Below are positions 7,787 to 16,951 of a stretch of DNA of 32,000 nucleotides, in pieces (positions within the stretch are counted from its first letter, which is position 1; the number at the start of each line of letters is the position of its first letter). The position numbers were made by a program, and so were the translations under genes. Origin of the DNA: Cupriavidus necator (lineage in GTDB: Bacteria > Pseudomonadota > Gammaproteobacteria > Burkholderiales > Burkholderiaceae); contig NZ_CP066020.1 in the NCBI RefSeq assembly GCF_016127575.1, positions 421,478-453,477 of the forward strand, read 5' to 3'. Below the pieces are notes generated by a model. It made no database searches. It was not told the origin of the DNA and saw nothing but the letters and a program-made list of their open reading frames with translations.

Positions 7787-8198
7787 CGACGTGCTGGCCG
7801 CTGCGAATGCGCGCGGCGCGGCCAAAAAGGCCGCCTTCCCGGCGGTGGTGTCGGTGCGCTATGACCGGCGCGTCTCGCGCGTGGTGATCGCGCTGGCGTC
7901 CGGGCTCGAACTGGCGTTTTCGCCCAAGGCGGCGCAGGGTCTGGAACACGCCCACCCGGCGGACTTGGCCGACGCCGAGATCAGCCCCTCGGGGCTCGGC
8001 ATCCATTTTCCGCACCTGGACGCGGATCTGTATCTGCCGGCGCTGCTCGAAGGTTTTCTCGGCTCCAAGCGTTGGATGGCGTCAGAGCTGGGCAAGCGCG
8101 GAGGCGCAGCCTCGACGGCCGCCAAGGCGGCGGCCGCCAGGGAAAACGGTAGGCTTGGCGGACGCCCCCGCAAAAGCAAGTTGCCAGCCGCCGCATGA
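7773..8198 (+). CDS. DUF2442-family protein with a basic GRPRK tail, partner of the DUF4160 gene
   Basis: 141 aa. The ATG at 7773 overlaps the restored DUF4160 stop by 14 nt. The core VSVRYDRRVSRVVIALASGLELAFSP...GIHFPHLDADLYLP is DUF2442-like. The C-terminus is ENGRLGGRPRKSK. Confidence 0.7.
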   Translation: MEITDDVLAAANARGAAKKAAFPAVVSVRYDRRVSRVVIALASGLELAFSPKAAQGLEHAHPADLADAEISPSGLGIHFPHLDADLYLPALLEGFLGSKRWMASELGKRGGAASTAAKAAAARENGRLGGRPRKSKLPAAA

Positions 8199-8237
8199 AA
8201 CAAGGAGCGCCCCTTGACGCTTCAACAGTGACCAACC

Positions 8238-8536
8238 ATGACGCACTATCGTTGCGAAATTGACCCGCGCCCGGCCGAACTGGGCGGTGGTTGGCGCCTT
8301 CAATTGCTCGAAGATGGCGAGGAAGTTGGCGGCGCCGTGTTTCCCGCCGATCCCAATGCGGACCCGCATGCCGGCATGGTGTGGTTCAACGCGCTCGCGG
8401 AGCCGGAACGCGCCAGGCGGTTGGAGCAGGGCTGCAGTGCCCGGCCTGTAGACGCCTGGGCGGCCTGCCACCGCTGGAAGCCTATAACGACGCGGAGGCC
8501 ACGGCCCAGGGCTGGCTGGCGTCACGGCCTCAATAA
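8238..8536 (+). pseudogene. Small hypothetical protein gene, probably frameshifted near 8455-8480
   Basis: The protein-like N-terminal part MTHYRCEIDPRPAELGGGWRLQLLEDGEEVGGAVFPADPNADPHAGMVWFNALAEPERARRLEQG is in one frame. The protein-like end LEAYNDAEATAQGWLASRPQ* is in another frame. Beyond about 8480 the 214 aa track ORF turns into Arg/Pro-rich off-frame text. Confidence 0.3.
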
Positions 8537-8598
8537 AAGGCTAAGGCGCCCAAGGGTACACCGCGGTAGCTCATCGGCAGACGGCCCCATCGCTCTGA

Positions 8599-8859
8599 AT
8601 GGAGACCACCAATTTGCCCCAGCGACTGCCCGGTCCGATCCGGATCGTGAATGGTGTCATCAGCCTGCTGGCATTCTTTGCCGGACTGTACTTCCTGCAG
8701 AGTATGTATCTGGCGTCCACCGAGCACACGCCGATCTTAATGGGGAAGTACCAAAAGCTGGTGCAATACGAAAACCGCCCCATCCTGTATCTGTTCTCTG
8801 CGACATTCACCGCGGTCGCGGCCGCTGCCGCAACAGGGTGGGCGTTTGGGGGATGGTGA
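8599..8859 (+). CDS. Small hypothetical membrane protein (86 aa, two hydrophobic segments)
   Basis: The hydrophobic stretches IVNGVISLLAFFAGLYFL and ILYLFSATFTAVAAAAATGWAFGGW are present, and third-position GC is reasonable. There is no clear RBS. Confidence 0.4.
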   Translation: METTNLPQRLPGPIRIVNGVISLLAFFAGLYFLQSMYLASTEHTPILMGKYQKLVQYENRPILYLFSATFTAVAAAAATGWAFGGW

Positions 8860-8975
8860 AGGCACTTTTGGGTCGTCCATAGCGAAACCATGCTGCCAAA
8901 CTGCTATTGAAGGAAAACGCCCAGTGGTTATCTGGCAAAGCCGAAAGGGTTCGCCATCAACCGTCGAGGATCGTC

Positions 8976-9206
8976 ATGCAGCGCCTGCAGCTTGTTATCA
9001 GTCCCGCCCACTTCGTAGATCGCTTCGGTCGCCGCGTCTTGACCAATGCTGGCCAGCCTGGCATGGACGGCAAGGAGGGGGTCGGTTCGACCACTGAGGA
9101 ACAGCGCAACCGCGTGGCGGCCGCGATCTATGCCAATTGCGAGCACCTGGACAATGCGCAGCTCGATGAGATCGTTGCGTGGGTGCGGTTGTACAGGAAG
9201 AAGTGA
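8976..9206 (+). CDS. Hypothetical protein (76 aa from the ATG at 8976)
   Basis: A GAGGA sits about 5 nt upstream of the ATG at 8976. The helical, protein-like end reads EEQRNRVAAAIYANCEHLDNAQLDEIVAWVRLYRKK. A competing antisense ORF (8928-9146) cannot be excluded. Confidence 0.3.
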   Translation: MQRLQLVISPAHFVDRFGRRVLTNAGQPGMDGKEGVGSTTEEQRNRVAAAIYANCEHLDNAQLDEIVAWVRLYRKK

Positions 9207-9337
9207 CGGCCGCGATGTTGGGGACGCCGCTGTGGCCTTGGGATACGTCTGGGGCGGCGCAGGCCATTGGCTGTCCTAGCTAGTCCTAGCTGCGCGCTGA
9301 CTTGTTTGAAAACGCCCCGACACCATAGGAAGGCCAG

Positions 9338-9631
9338 ATGCAGAGAATCACCGAAGCCGTCGATTGCGCGCTGTGCCACATGCCGGCATCGCGCTGGGCA
9401 TTGCGGCAGAGCTCGGATGGCTATATGTATGACTGCCCGGCCTGCGGCGGGCGCTACAGCATTGGCACGTCGGCATTGGCGCGGGCGAAGAATGGAGAGG
9501 TGCCGCCCGGCCTGCTGGCAGACGTGCGCCACGCCATTGCCCGCGGCGACATCCCCCGGGTCGGCAGGACTGCGAGCGAATGGCATCCACTGGACGTCGT
9601 GGGACGCCAGGACGCGGATGCCGACCTTTGA
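9338..9631 (+). CDS. Hypothetical zinc-ribbon-like protein (97 aa)
   Basis: The RBS aggaagg lies 4 nt upstream of the ATG. Two CxxC pairs are present (CALC...CPAC), and the codons are GC3-rich. Confidence 0.5.
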   Translation: MQRITEAVDCALCHMPASRWALRQSSDGYMYDCPACGGRYSIGTSALARAKNGEVPPGLLADVRHAIARGDIPRVGRTASEWHPLDVVGRQDADADL

Positions 9632-9982
9632 GTGAAAACGTCCCTAAATCGCACCGGGACAAACGCTATGCCAGAGGACGACCGCGAACGCCAGTTTGGC
9701 GACACCATACCGCCTCCCCGCAATCGCTTCAGGGAGCGGATCTTGATGGTCCGACTTGGGCCGATCCCAGACTCCACGGCCCACCACCACCATTCCTCTT
9801 CTTGTTGACGAACGTGGGCGAGCCCGCCAGCCTCGTGCCGGCTGCACGAGCTCACCCGCCTGTGATGGCGATCGGACTAGCGTGTCCAGCAGGACAAGGC
9901 AGGCCGGTCGTAATGAAATGGTCAGCCCGATCCCCCGATGCATCGCCTAGGCTGGAGGGGTCACTTTCCGGAGGAGGCTGCC

Positions 9983-10030
9983 ATGAGCGAAGTCACGTTG
10001 ATCGGCATTGATCTCGGCAAACATATGTAA
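9983..10030 (+). mobile_element. Stub of an IS110-family transposase gene (first 15 codons, then a stop)
   Basis: The RBS ggaggagg precedes MSEVTLIGIDLGKHM*. The TLIGIDLGKH string matches the conserved N-terminus of IS110-family transposases. No downstream frame continues the homology. Confidence 0.35.
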
Positions 10031-10467
10031 AGCTGCTACCTCGAGGCTGCACAAGAGATTCGAGCCGATTGCCATAACCCACTGCGACAGGTCACCTGGT
10101 AGGGGCTCAGCGTCGCGCCAAGTGTGGCAGCCGTGGCGTCGGCCAGCGAAGAAAGCGCCCCGCGGCGGTGCAGATTTCCGGCGGGTTGCCGAGAAAGGAG
10201 GCTCAAATGTCCTCACAGGAAAACAGCGGCCATGTCGAACAAGGCAATGGCAACCGTGTCGAAGCTGGCGCTAGCGGGGCTGCGGCATGGCGCCGGTGCG
10301 GTAGCCGGAGCCCGGCGCGGCGCCAAGCAGATACGCAGGCTTCTGCCGGCAGACTCCTTCGCGCGTTCGGCTGCGCAGCGCCGCTGCGCCGTCAGTCGTC
10401 ACGCGGGCAAATTTCATTTGTTGGCAGCGATGGCGAGCAACGCTCGAGGGAGCGATGTAGATACGCG

Positions 10468-10505
10468 TTGAAACATGGATCTCTTATGTTTATACTTGTA
10501 TCAAC
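10468..10505 (+). promoter_or_regulatory. Sigma70-like promoter and overlapping imperfect palindrome upstream of mazE
   Basis: The -35 TTGAAA (10468-10473) and the -10 TATACT (10491-10496) are separated by a 17 nt spacer. The imperfect dyad gtttatac-tt-gtatcaac (10488-10505) overlaps the -10, as expected for antitoxin autoregulation. Confidence 0.5.
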
Positions 10506-10525
10506 ATTGTTTGGAGGCATCTATT

Positions 10526-10780
10526 ATGCGAAAAAGCGCAACCCTGACGATTCAAAAGTGGGGCAACAGCTTGGCGGTTCGAATCCCCACTGCGGTGGCT
10601 CGTTCTGCACATTTCGCCGAGGGCCAGGAAGTGGAGGTATCCGTCGATGAGATTGGCGTAACTGTTCGACCAGTTGGTCGTCGTGCCCTCACTCTCGCGG
10701 AAAAGCTTGCTCTGTTTGACCCCATCAAGCACGGCGGCGAAGCTATGGCCACGCAGCGTGTCGGCGCGGAGGCCATGTAA
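10526..10780 (+). CDS. mazE: AbrB/MazE/SpoVT-family antitoxin
   Basis: 84 aa beginning MRKSATLTIQKWGNSLAVRIPTAVARSAHFAEGQEVEV (SpoVT-AbrB swapped-hairpin motif). A GGAGG lies 8 nt upstream of the ATG. The stop overlaps the toxin start (TAATG). Confidence 0.85.
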   Translation: MRKSATLTIQKWGNSLAVRIPTAVARSAHFAEGQEVEVSVDEIGVTVRPVGRRALTLAEKLALFDPIKHGGEAMATQRVGAEAM

Positions 10781-11142
10781 TGGCGGGCAAGCTATGGGCG
10801 CCTGAACGACGCGACATTATTTGGATCGACTGCAATCCGCAAGCCGGCCGCGAGATGAAGGATATGCATCCGATGCTGGTTCTTTCACCGCGGCCGTTTA
10901 ATGAAAGGACTAGTATTGTGATTGGCTTGCCGATGACTACGGCAGCCTACAACGAGACCAATCCGTTTGCGATCAAGCTTCAGGGACCGAAGGGAAAGGA
11001 CAGCTACGTTCTGGCTCATCAACCCAAGTCGTTTGACTGGCGAGCCCGAAACGCAAAGGCTCACCCCTGGAAGCAAGCGCCCTTGGAGGTTTTTGCTGCC
11101 GCTTGCGAGCAGCTAAACCAGATTATCGCGATCGCGGAGTAA
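10780..11142 (+). CDS. mazF: MazF/PemK-family toxin (endoribonuclease family)
   Basis: 120 aa with the PemK-like segments RRDIIWIDCNPQAGREM, HPMLVLS, VIGLPMTT and YVLAHQPKSFDW. It is translationally coupled to mazE. Confidence 0.85.
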   Translation: MAGKLWAPERRDIIWIDCNPQAGREMKDMHPMLVLSPRPFNERTSIVIGLPMTTAAYNETNPFAIKLQGPKGKDSYVLAHQPKSFDWRARNAKAHPWKQAPLEVFAAACEQLNQIIAIAE

Positions 11143-11165
11143 CCTCCATGCTTGACCGCATGGCG

Positions 11166-11453
11166 CGTTGTCTTGGCGAACACGCCGAGCCGTCGCAAGC
11201 TGGTCACTGCCAGCGCACACATGCGGCTCGACTGGATGAAGCCAGCCACGGTAGACGTAGACGTGATCAGCACATCAACCTGACCACCGAGCAGATCATT
11301 GATGGCCGACCCGGCGCCCTTGTACGGCACGTGCTGCAGCGGCACGCTGCTGTTCTTGTCGAGCACAACGCCTATCAGGTGCAACAGCGTGCCGATGCCG
11401 GGCGTGGCGTAGGTGATCTTCTGCAGTTGTGCCTTGGCCTGTGTGGCCAGCGC
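11166..11453 (-). pseudogene. Internal fragment of a Bug/TctC-family periplasmic binding-protein gene, lacking both ends
   Basis: ALATQAKAQLQKITYATPGIGTLLHLIGVVLDKNSSVPLQHVPYKGAGSAINDLLGGQVDVLITS...ALAVTS matches the central part of the intact Bug paralogs in this window (for example HIPYKGSGPAMSDMLGGQVD). There is no N-terminal signal or PFPAGG region and no C-terminal third. It ends about 24 bp from the mazF stop. Confidence 0.7.
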
Positions 11454-11638
11454 CGGGCAGTGGGCGGGACTCGTCGCGCCGCGCGGTCCGCGTGCCGAAG
11501 TCACTGCGCCGCCCAAGGTTCGCGCTGCGGAACTGGGCGCCGGCCTGCGTGAGCGTCAATGCTGGCGGCGGCCCCCCCGGCAGCATGGCGCGCCGCCAAC
11601 CCCATGTTGAGGTTGTGTCCCGGCGCTACTGGTCAACG

Positions 11639-11790
11639 CGCACAATCAACCTCACCTGGCGCACAACCTACCTCACCGATCCCTGCCGGCTGTTTCCTTC
11701 CAGCCTTTGTCCAGCTTGGGAGATAAGACATATGCACAGGTCACGCACAATACATCTCACCTTAGGGGCATCAACACAACAAACCTCACC
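11639..11790 (+). repeat. Four direct copies of an 18 bp motif CGCACAA-N4-CCTCACC at 11639-11656, 11660-11677, 11744-11761 and 11773-11790
   Basis: Read directly: cgcacaatcaacctcacc, cgcacaacctacctcacc, cgcacaatacatctcacc, aacacaacaaacctcacc. The first pair is phased at 21 bp. The repeats lie in a gene-less stretch. Confidence 0.7.
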
Positions 11791-11881
11791 TTCTTGGGGC
11801 GGCTTCGGATGCGGTGCCGTTCATCAGGCATCGTGTCCGCCGTAACGGGGATGTCGATGTACAAACAGTAGTCGGCAAACA

Positions 11882-13123
<1,242 letters not shown>

Positions 13124-14127
13124 TCACCTCCTGGTGTCTCGTCGCAGCGCCACAGGGGCCGGCTCTGACAGCGATGCGGGCACAGCTCGCGCCCCATTGT
13201 GGCCGGCGCACGCCGAGCACGGGCCCATTCCATGAGAAGGCCGTGACCACCTTGAACCATAGCTTGTCGCCGCCAAACCGGTCCTTTGCATACGCCTCGT
13301 GCCGCCATTGGGGGAAGAAGCTGGTTCCCCTAGCACTCGTATAAGACACACTCGCGCCGATTGCAAGTACCTCGCCACGTCGGCCCCGGCTCCAGACGCC
13401 GGGCAATTCCGGTACCACGGCGCTAGGCGTTAATGGGATGGACGCCCCCTCCCCGTGAAGGTACATGAGTGCCAAACTGGTGAGCCTGGCAACCTCTCAA
13501 AACAGGAGCATCCCTCATGAAGGTCACGACGATCGGACCCGACGAGGCTTCGGAGAGAACGATCCAGTTCCCGTCAGAACTCCGCTGCTCCGTTCACAAC
13601 CCGGCGCTGACGTACGTTAGCCGGATTGATTGGCTTCGCCCGCGAAGGTGTGGTGTCGTTTCCAAACGGCCAGCATCGCGCTCGCTATCTGGCCTTTGCT
13701 GGCGTAGGCAGCCTGCCGGTCGAGGTCCATGAAACTGAGGCGGACCGCTCGAGCGTTTTTGCGGTTGGGGTCGTTAGCAAACGTCTGAACGCTTGACGGG
13801 CGCGGCTAGGGAAGAGTCTTTGCCTGGTTGCCGATTGAACACGGTGACCGGCGCCGCATGCCAATCAGCGGCTGTCCTGGCCGAAACCGATCGTCCGGCA
13901 CGCCCGGCGTAAGTCATTCCCATGAGGTCGGAGTACCGCACGTACCGAGCGATGCCGAGGTCCGTGGCCAGCCGAAGCGGGATTGGGCCCGTTTCGCCAC
14001 TCGCATGAAGCGGATCCGTCCGGACGTGCTGGTGAGTAAAGTCCTGTCAAAGGCAGCGGGTATCGCCTTGCCGGCGCGAACCTTCCAGCGCCGGAAAGGG
14101 GTTATTTCGATTCAGTGGTGAGGCTGC

Positions 14128-14403
14128 TCAGATCGCAGATGGATGTCGTGCCAGCGGCGTGACCTGGATGGTCATGTAGGGGAACAGGGGCAGTGATGAC
14201 AGCAGTTCGTGCAACTCGTCATGGCATTCTACATCGAAGATGCTGATATTGGCGTAGCGCCCCGCCACGCGCCAGAGGTGTGGCCATTTTCCGGCCTGCT
14301 GGATTTCGATCGCCCGCGCCTTTTCAGCCGCCTTGATGGCTTCGGCACGGTCTGCGGGGACTGAGTCGGGAATCTTCACGTCCATCTGTACGCAGTAAAG
14401 CAT
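14128..14403 (-). CDS. catC: Muconolactone delta-isomerase
   Basis: 91 aa reading MLYCVQMDVKIP...GKWPHLWRVAGRYANISIFDV...LPLFPYMTIQVTPLARHPS, typical in length and motifs for muconolactone isomerase. An AAGGAGA RBS is present. Confidence 0.9.
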   Translation of the reverse strand: MLYCVQMDVKIPDSVPADRAEAIKAAEKARAIEIQQAGKWPHLWRVAGRYANISIFDVECHDELHELLSSLPLFPYMTIQVTPLARHPSAI

Positions 14404-14495
14404 GGTGTCTCCTTGTCTGTTCCAGGTAAGTGGGACCGGAGCCGGACCGCCTCCGGTCCGGCTTCAGCCTATGCGCAAATCGGGTAAGGCGGTGC

Positions 14496-14837
14496 CTAGC
14501 CAGCGCTACTCTGGCCGACGACAGATGCGGTGCGAAATGGCTTGAGCCGGCCGATAAAGGTCTTGCCGTGTTCGAACCACGCCTTGCGGATGTCGGAAGC
14601 CATGTAGCGGTCGTAGTCAGCCTCGTTCTCGAACCAGCACTCGCCGATGGCGTCTACATGCCCGATGTCGAAGAAAGGCACGTGGGTGTCGGTCGGTTGC
14701 CCGGCGACGAGGCGCACCTCGTACCGATGCAGGCCAGGCACATCGTGCGACATCTCGTAGTGGCGCAGGCATTCGGCGCGGAATGCTTCGTCGGTCATGC
14801 CTTCTGGCTTGACCAGCAGGTACAGCATGCGAATCAT
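14496..14837 (-). CDS. EthD-domain protein (dimeric alpha/beta-barrel superfamily)
   Basis: 113 aa from the ATG at 14837 (RBS aaggggga), reading [41 protein letters not shown]... The track ORF extends 12 codons further upstream. Confidence 0.7.
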   Translation of the reverse strand: MIRMLYLLVKPEGMTDEAFRAECLRHYEMSHDVPGLHRYEVRLVAGQPTDTHVPFFDIGHVDAIGECWFENEADYDRYMASDIRKAWFEHGKTFIGRLKPFRTASVVGQSSAG

Positions 14838-14907
14838 GTGGATCCCCCTTGTTGTTGGAATAACCGTGGTCAATGGCCCTGTGGGCCTGGAAATCGTCCG
14901 ACGCCCT

Positions 14908-16191
14908 TCAGGAAGGCGCGCGCGCCGGGTTGGCTATCGTGACCGTGTCGCCGTCGTCCTCGGTGCCGATGTTCTCGATGACAATACCTCGAGTCTCGGG
15001 CAGCAGCAGCATGCCGAAGACCGCGAACGCATAGGCCGCGAGGCAGAATGCGCCCATGGCATTGGCCAAGCCGATATGGGTGGACAGCACGCCCACGCCG
15101 ACGACGGAGCCGGCGCCAACTGACTTGCCCACGTTGTAGGCGAAGCCCATGCAGGTCGTGCGCACGTTGGTGGGAAACAGTTCGCTAAGGAACGGTCCCA
15201 GCGCGGCGAACATGCCGATGGCCGAGAAGCCCACCAGGAACCCCAGGATGGCGGTGAGCGTCGGGTTCAGCGGCAGCAGCATATAGCTGACGGTGACGAT
15301 CCAGGCACAGATCGACAGCATGATCAGCGTGGGGCGGCGCCCGATGCGATCGCACAGGTCGGCCGCCACCGCGAAGCCGCAGAACGAGCCGAAGGCCATG
15401 ATGAAGACGGTGACGATTCGCGAGGTGGCGGCGACCTCACGCTGGCTCAGCAGGGACGGCAGCCAGACCAGGATGGCGTAGCAGCCGGCCTGAAGCCCGA
15501 TCACCAGCACGCTCGACAGGATCAGCGAGCGCGCGTACCGGCGATTGAACACCGAAGCCAGCGACGCGCGCGGCGCGCTGCTCTGCCGGGCACGCTCGAA
15601 CATGGGAGCATCCTTGATATGCCGGCGGATAAACAGCACGATTGAGGCCGGGATGATGCCGATCCAGAACGCCGCCCGCCATGCCATGTCCTGCGGCAAC
15701 CAGGCCAGCAGCAGCGTTGCGACCACCGCCGCCAGCGCCCAGCCGAGAGCAAAGCCGGATTGCACATAGCCCATGGCCTTGCCGCGGTGCTTCGGGTCGA
15801 TGACTTCAGCCATCAGCGCGGCGCCGACCGCCCATTCTCCACCGAAGCCGAGACCCTGCAGCGTGCGTGCCATCAGCAACTGGTGATACGTCTGCGCAAA
15901 GCCGGCCAGCACGCCGAAGAACGTGAACCAGACGATGGCAAAGACCAGGATGCGGGCACGGCCGTAGCGATCGCTGAGGATGCCGGCGCCCCAGCCGCCG
16001 ATCGCCGTGACGATCAGCGCCACGGTGCCGAGCACGCCGACCTCCGCCTTGTTCAGCCCCCAAGCGAGCGTCAGCGCGGGTAGCAGGAAGCTGAACATCT
16101 GCATGTCGAATGAATCCAGGGCCCAGCCGGAATAGCAGGCCCAGAATGTCTTCTTTTGCTGGGGTGTCCCAGTCTTGTACCAAGTCAGCAT
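14908..16191 (-). CDS. MFS transporter (metabolite:H+ symporter type; substrate unknown, possibly a dicarboxylic or aromatic acid)
   Basis: About 427 aa from the ATG at 16191 (RBS gaggag). It contains many hydrophobic segments and the MFS motif [11 protein letters not shown] between TM2 and TM3. Confidence 0.85.
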   Translation of the reverse strand: MLTWYKTGTPQQKKTFWACYSGWALDSFDMQMFSFLLPALTLAWGLNKAEVGVLGTVALIVTAIGGWGAGILSDRYGRARILVFAIVWFTFFGVLAGFAQTYHQLLMARTLQGLGFGGEWAVGAALMAEVIDPKHRGKAMGYVQSGFALGWALAAVVATLLLAWLPQDMAWRAAFWIGIIPASIVLFIRRHIKDAPMFERARQSSAPRASLASVFNRRYARSLILSSVLVIGLQAGCYAILVWLPSLLSQREVAATSRIVTVFIMAFGSFCGFAVAADLCDRIGRRPTLIMLSICAWIVTVSYMLLPLNPTLTAILGFLVGFSAIGMFAALGPFLSELFPTNVRTTCMGFAYNVGKSVGAGSVVGVGVLSTHIGLANAMGAFCLAAYAFAVFGMLLLPETRGIVIENIGTEDDGDTVTIANPARAPS

Positions 16192-16279
16192 GTTTGTCTC
16201 CTCTCTGTGTCGATCCGTCTGGATGGGCGGCCGGCGTTGCACCCTGTGTTTGAACAGGCACCGGCGCGGGCGCCCGGTT

Positions 16280-16951
16280 TCATGCGTATTCAGGCCGTAG
16301 CAGGGTGGTAAAGTCGAGTTCCACGTCGGTCACCGACTGCAGCGCCTGTGGCGACATGTCGCCGACGGCTTCGATGACCGACACGCCGCGCGGGCCGATG
16401 GCGAAGGTGCCGAGTTCGGTGTAGACGCGGTTGACGCAGCGCAAGCCGGTCAAGGGATAGCTACACTGGCGGCGCAGCTTGCTGGCCCCATCCCTGGTGA
16501 GATGGTCCATCATGACGAACACCCGCCGGGCCCCGATGGCCAGATCCATCGCGCCGCCCACGGCCGGGATGGCATCGGGCGCGCCGGTGTGCCAGTTGGC
16601 CAGATCGCCCTGCTCCGATACCTGGAACGCGCCAAGCACGCAGATGTCGAGGTGGCCGCCGCGCATCATGCCGAAGGCATCGGCATGGTGAAAGAATGCC
16701 GCGCCTTGCTCCAGGCGGATGGCTTCCTTGCCGGCGTTGATCAGGTCCCAGTCCTCCTGTCCCGGTTCCGCAGCCGACCACTGACCGAGCACACCGTTTT
16801 CGCTGTGCAGGATGACTTCGCGATGCCGGGGCAGGTGGTTGGCCACCAGCGTGGGCAACCCGATGCCGAGGTTGACATACGATCCGTCGGGGATGTCCCG
16901 CGCCACACGCGCGGCCAGCATGTTTCTTGCCAATTGATCCATCGTTCTCAC
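16280..16951 (-). CDS. pcaJ: 3-oxoadipate (3-oxoacid) CoA-transferase subunit B
   Basis: 223 aa with the catalytic-Glu motif ILHSENGVLG. The GTG at 16951 overlaps the pcaI stop (GTGA). An alternative ATG lies at 16942. Confidence 0.88.
   Translation of the reverse strand: MRTMDQLARNMLAARVARDIPDGSYVNLGIGLPTLVANHLPRHREVILHSENGVLGQWSAAEPGQEDWDLINAGKEAIRLEQGAAFFHHADAFGMMRGGHLDICVLGAFQVSEQGDLANWHTGAPDAIPAVGGAMDLAIGARRVFVMMDHLTRDGASKLRRQCSYPLTGLRCVNRVYTELGTFAIGPRGVSVIEAVGDMSPQALQSVTDVELDFTTLLRPEYA

Noticed and set aside
8537-8882. Continuation of the 214 aa ORF 8238-8882
   Set aside because: After about residue 80 the translation becomes Arg/Pro-rich off-frame text. It also overlaps the better-formed small membrane-protein ORF 8599-8859 in another frame.
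13511-13535. A possible extra copy of the 23 bp parAB-flanking motif (gaaggtcacgacgatcggacc)
   Set aside because: Only about 13 of 20 positions match the consensus and it is isolated 9 kb from the clusters, so it is probably chance.
13517-13732. ORF starting MKVTTIGPDEASERTIQF as a second IS110 transposase stub
   Set aside because: Only MKVTTIG resembles the family N-terminus. The conserved DLAK/DLGK motif is absent and the rest is Arg/Ser-rich, so the match is too weak.
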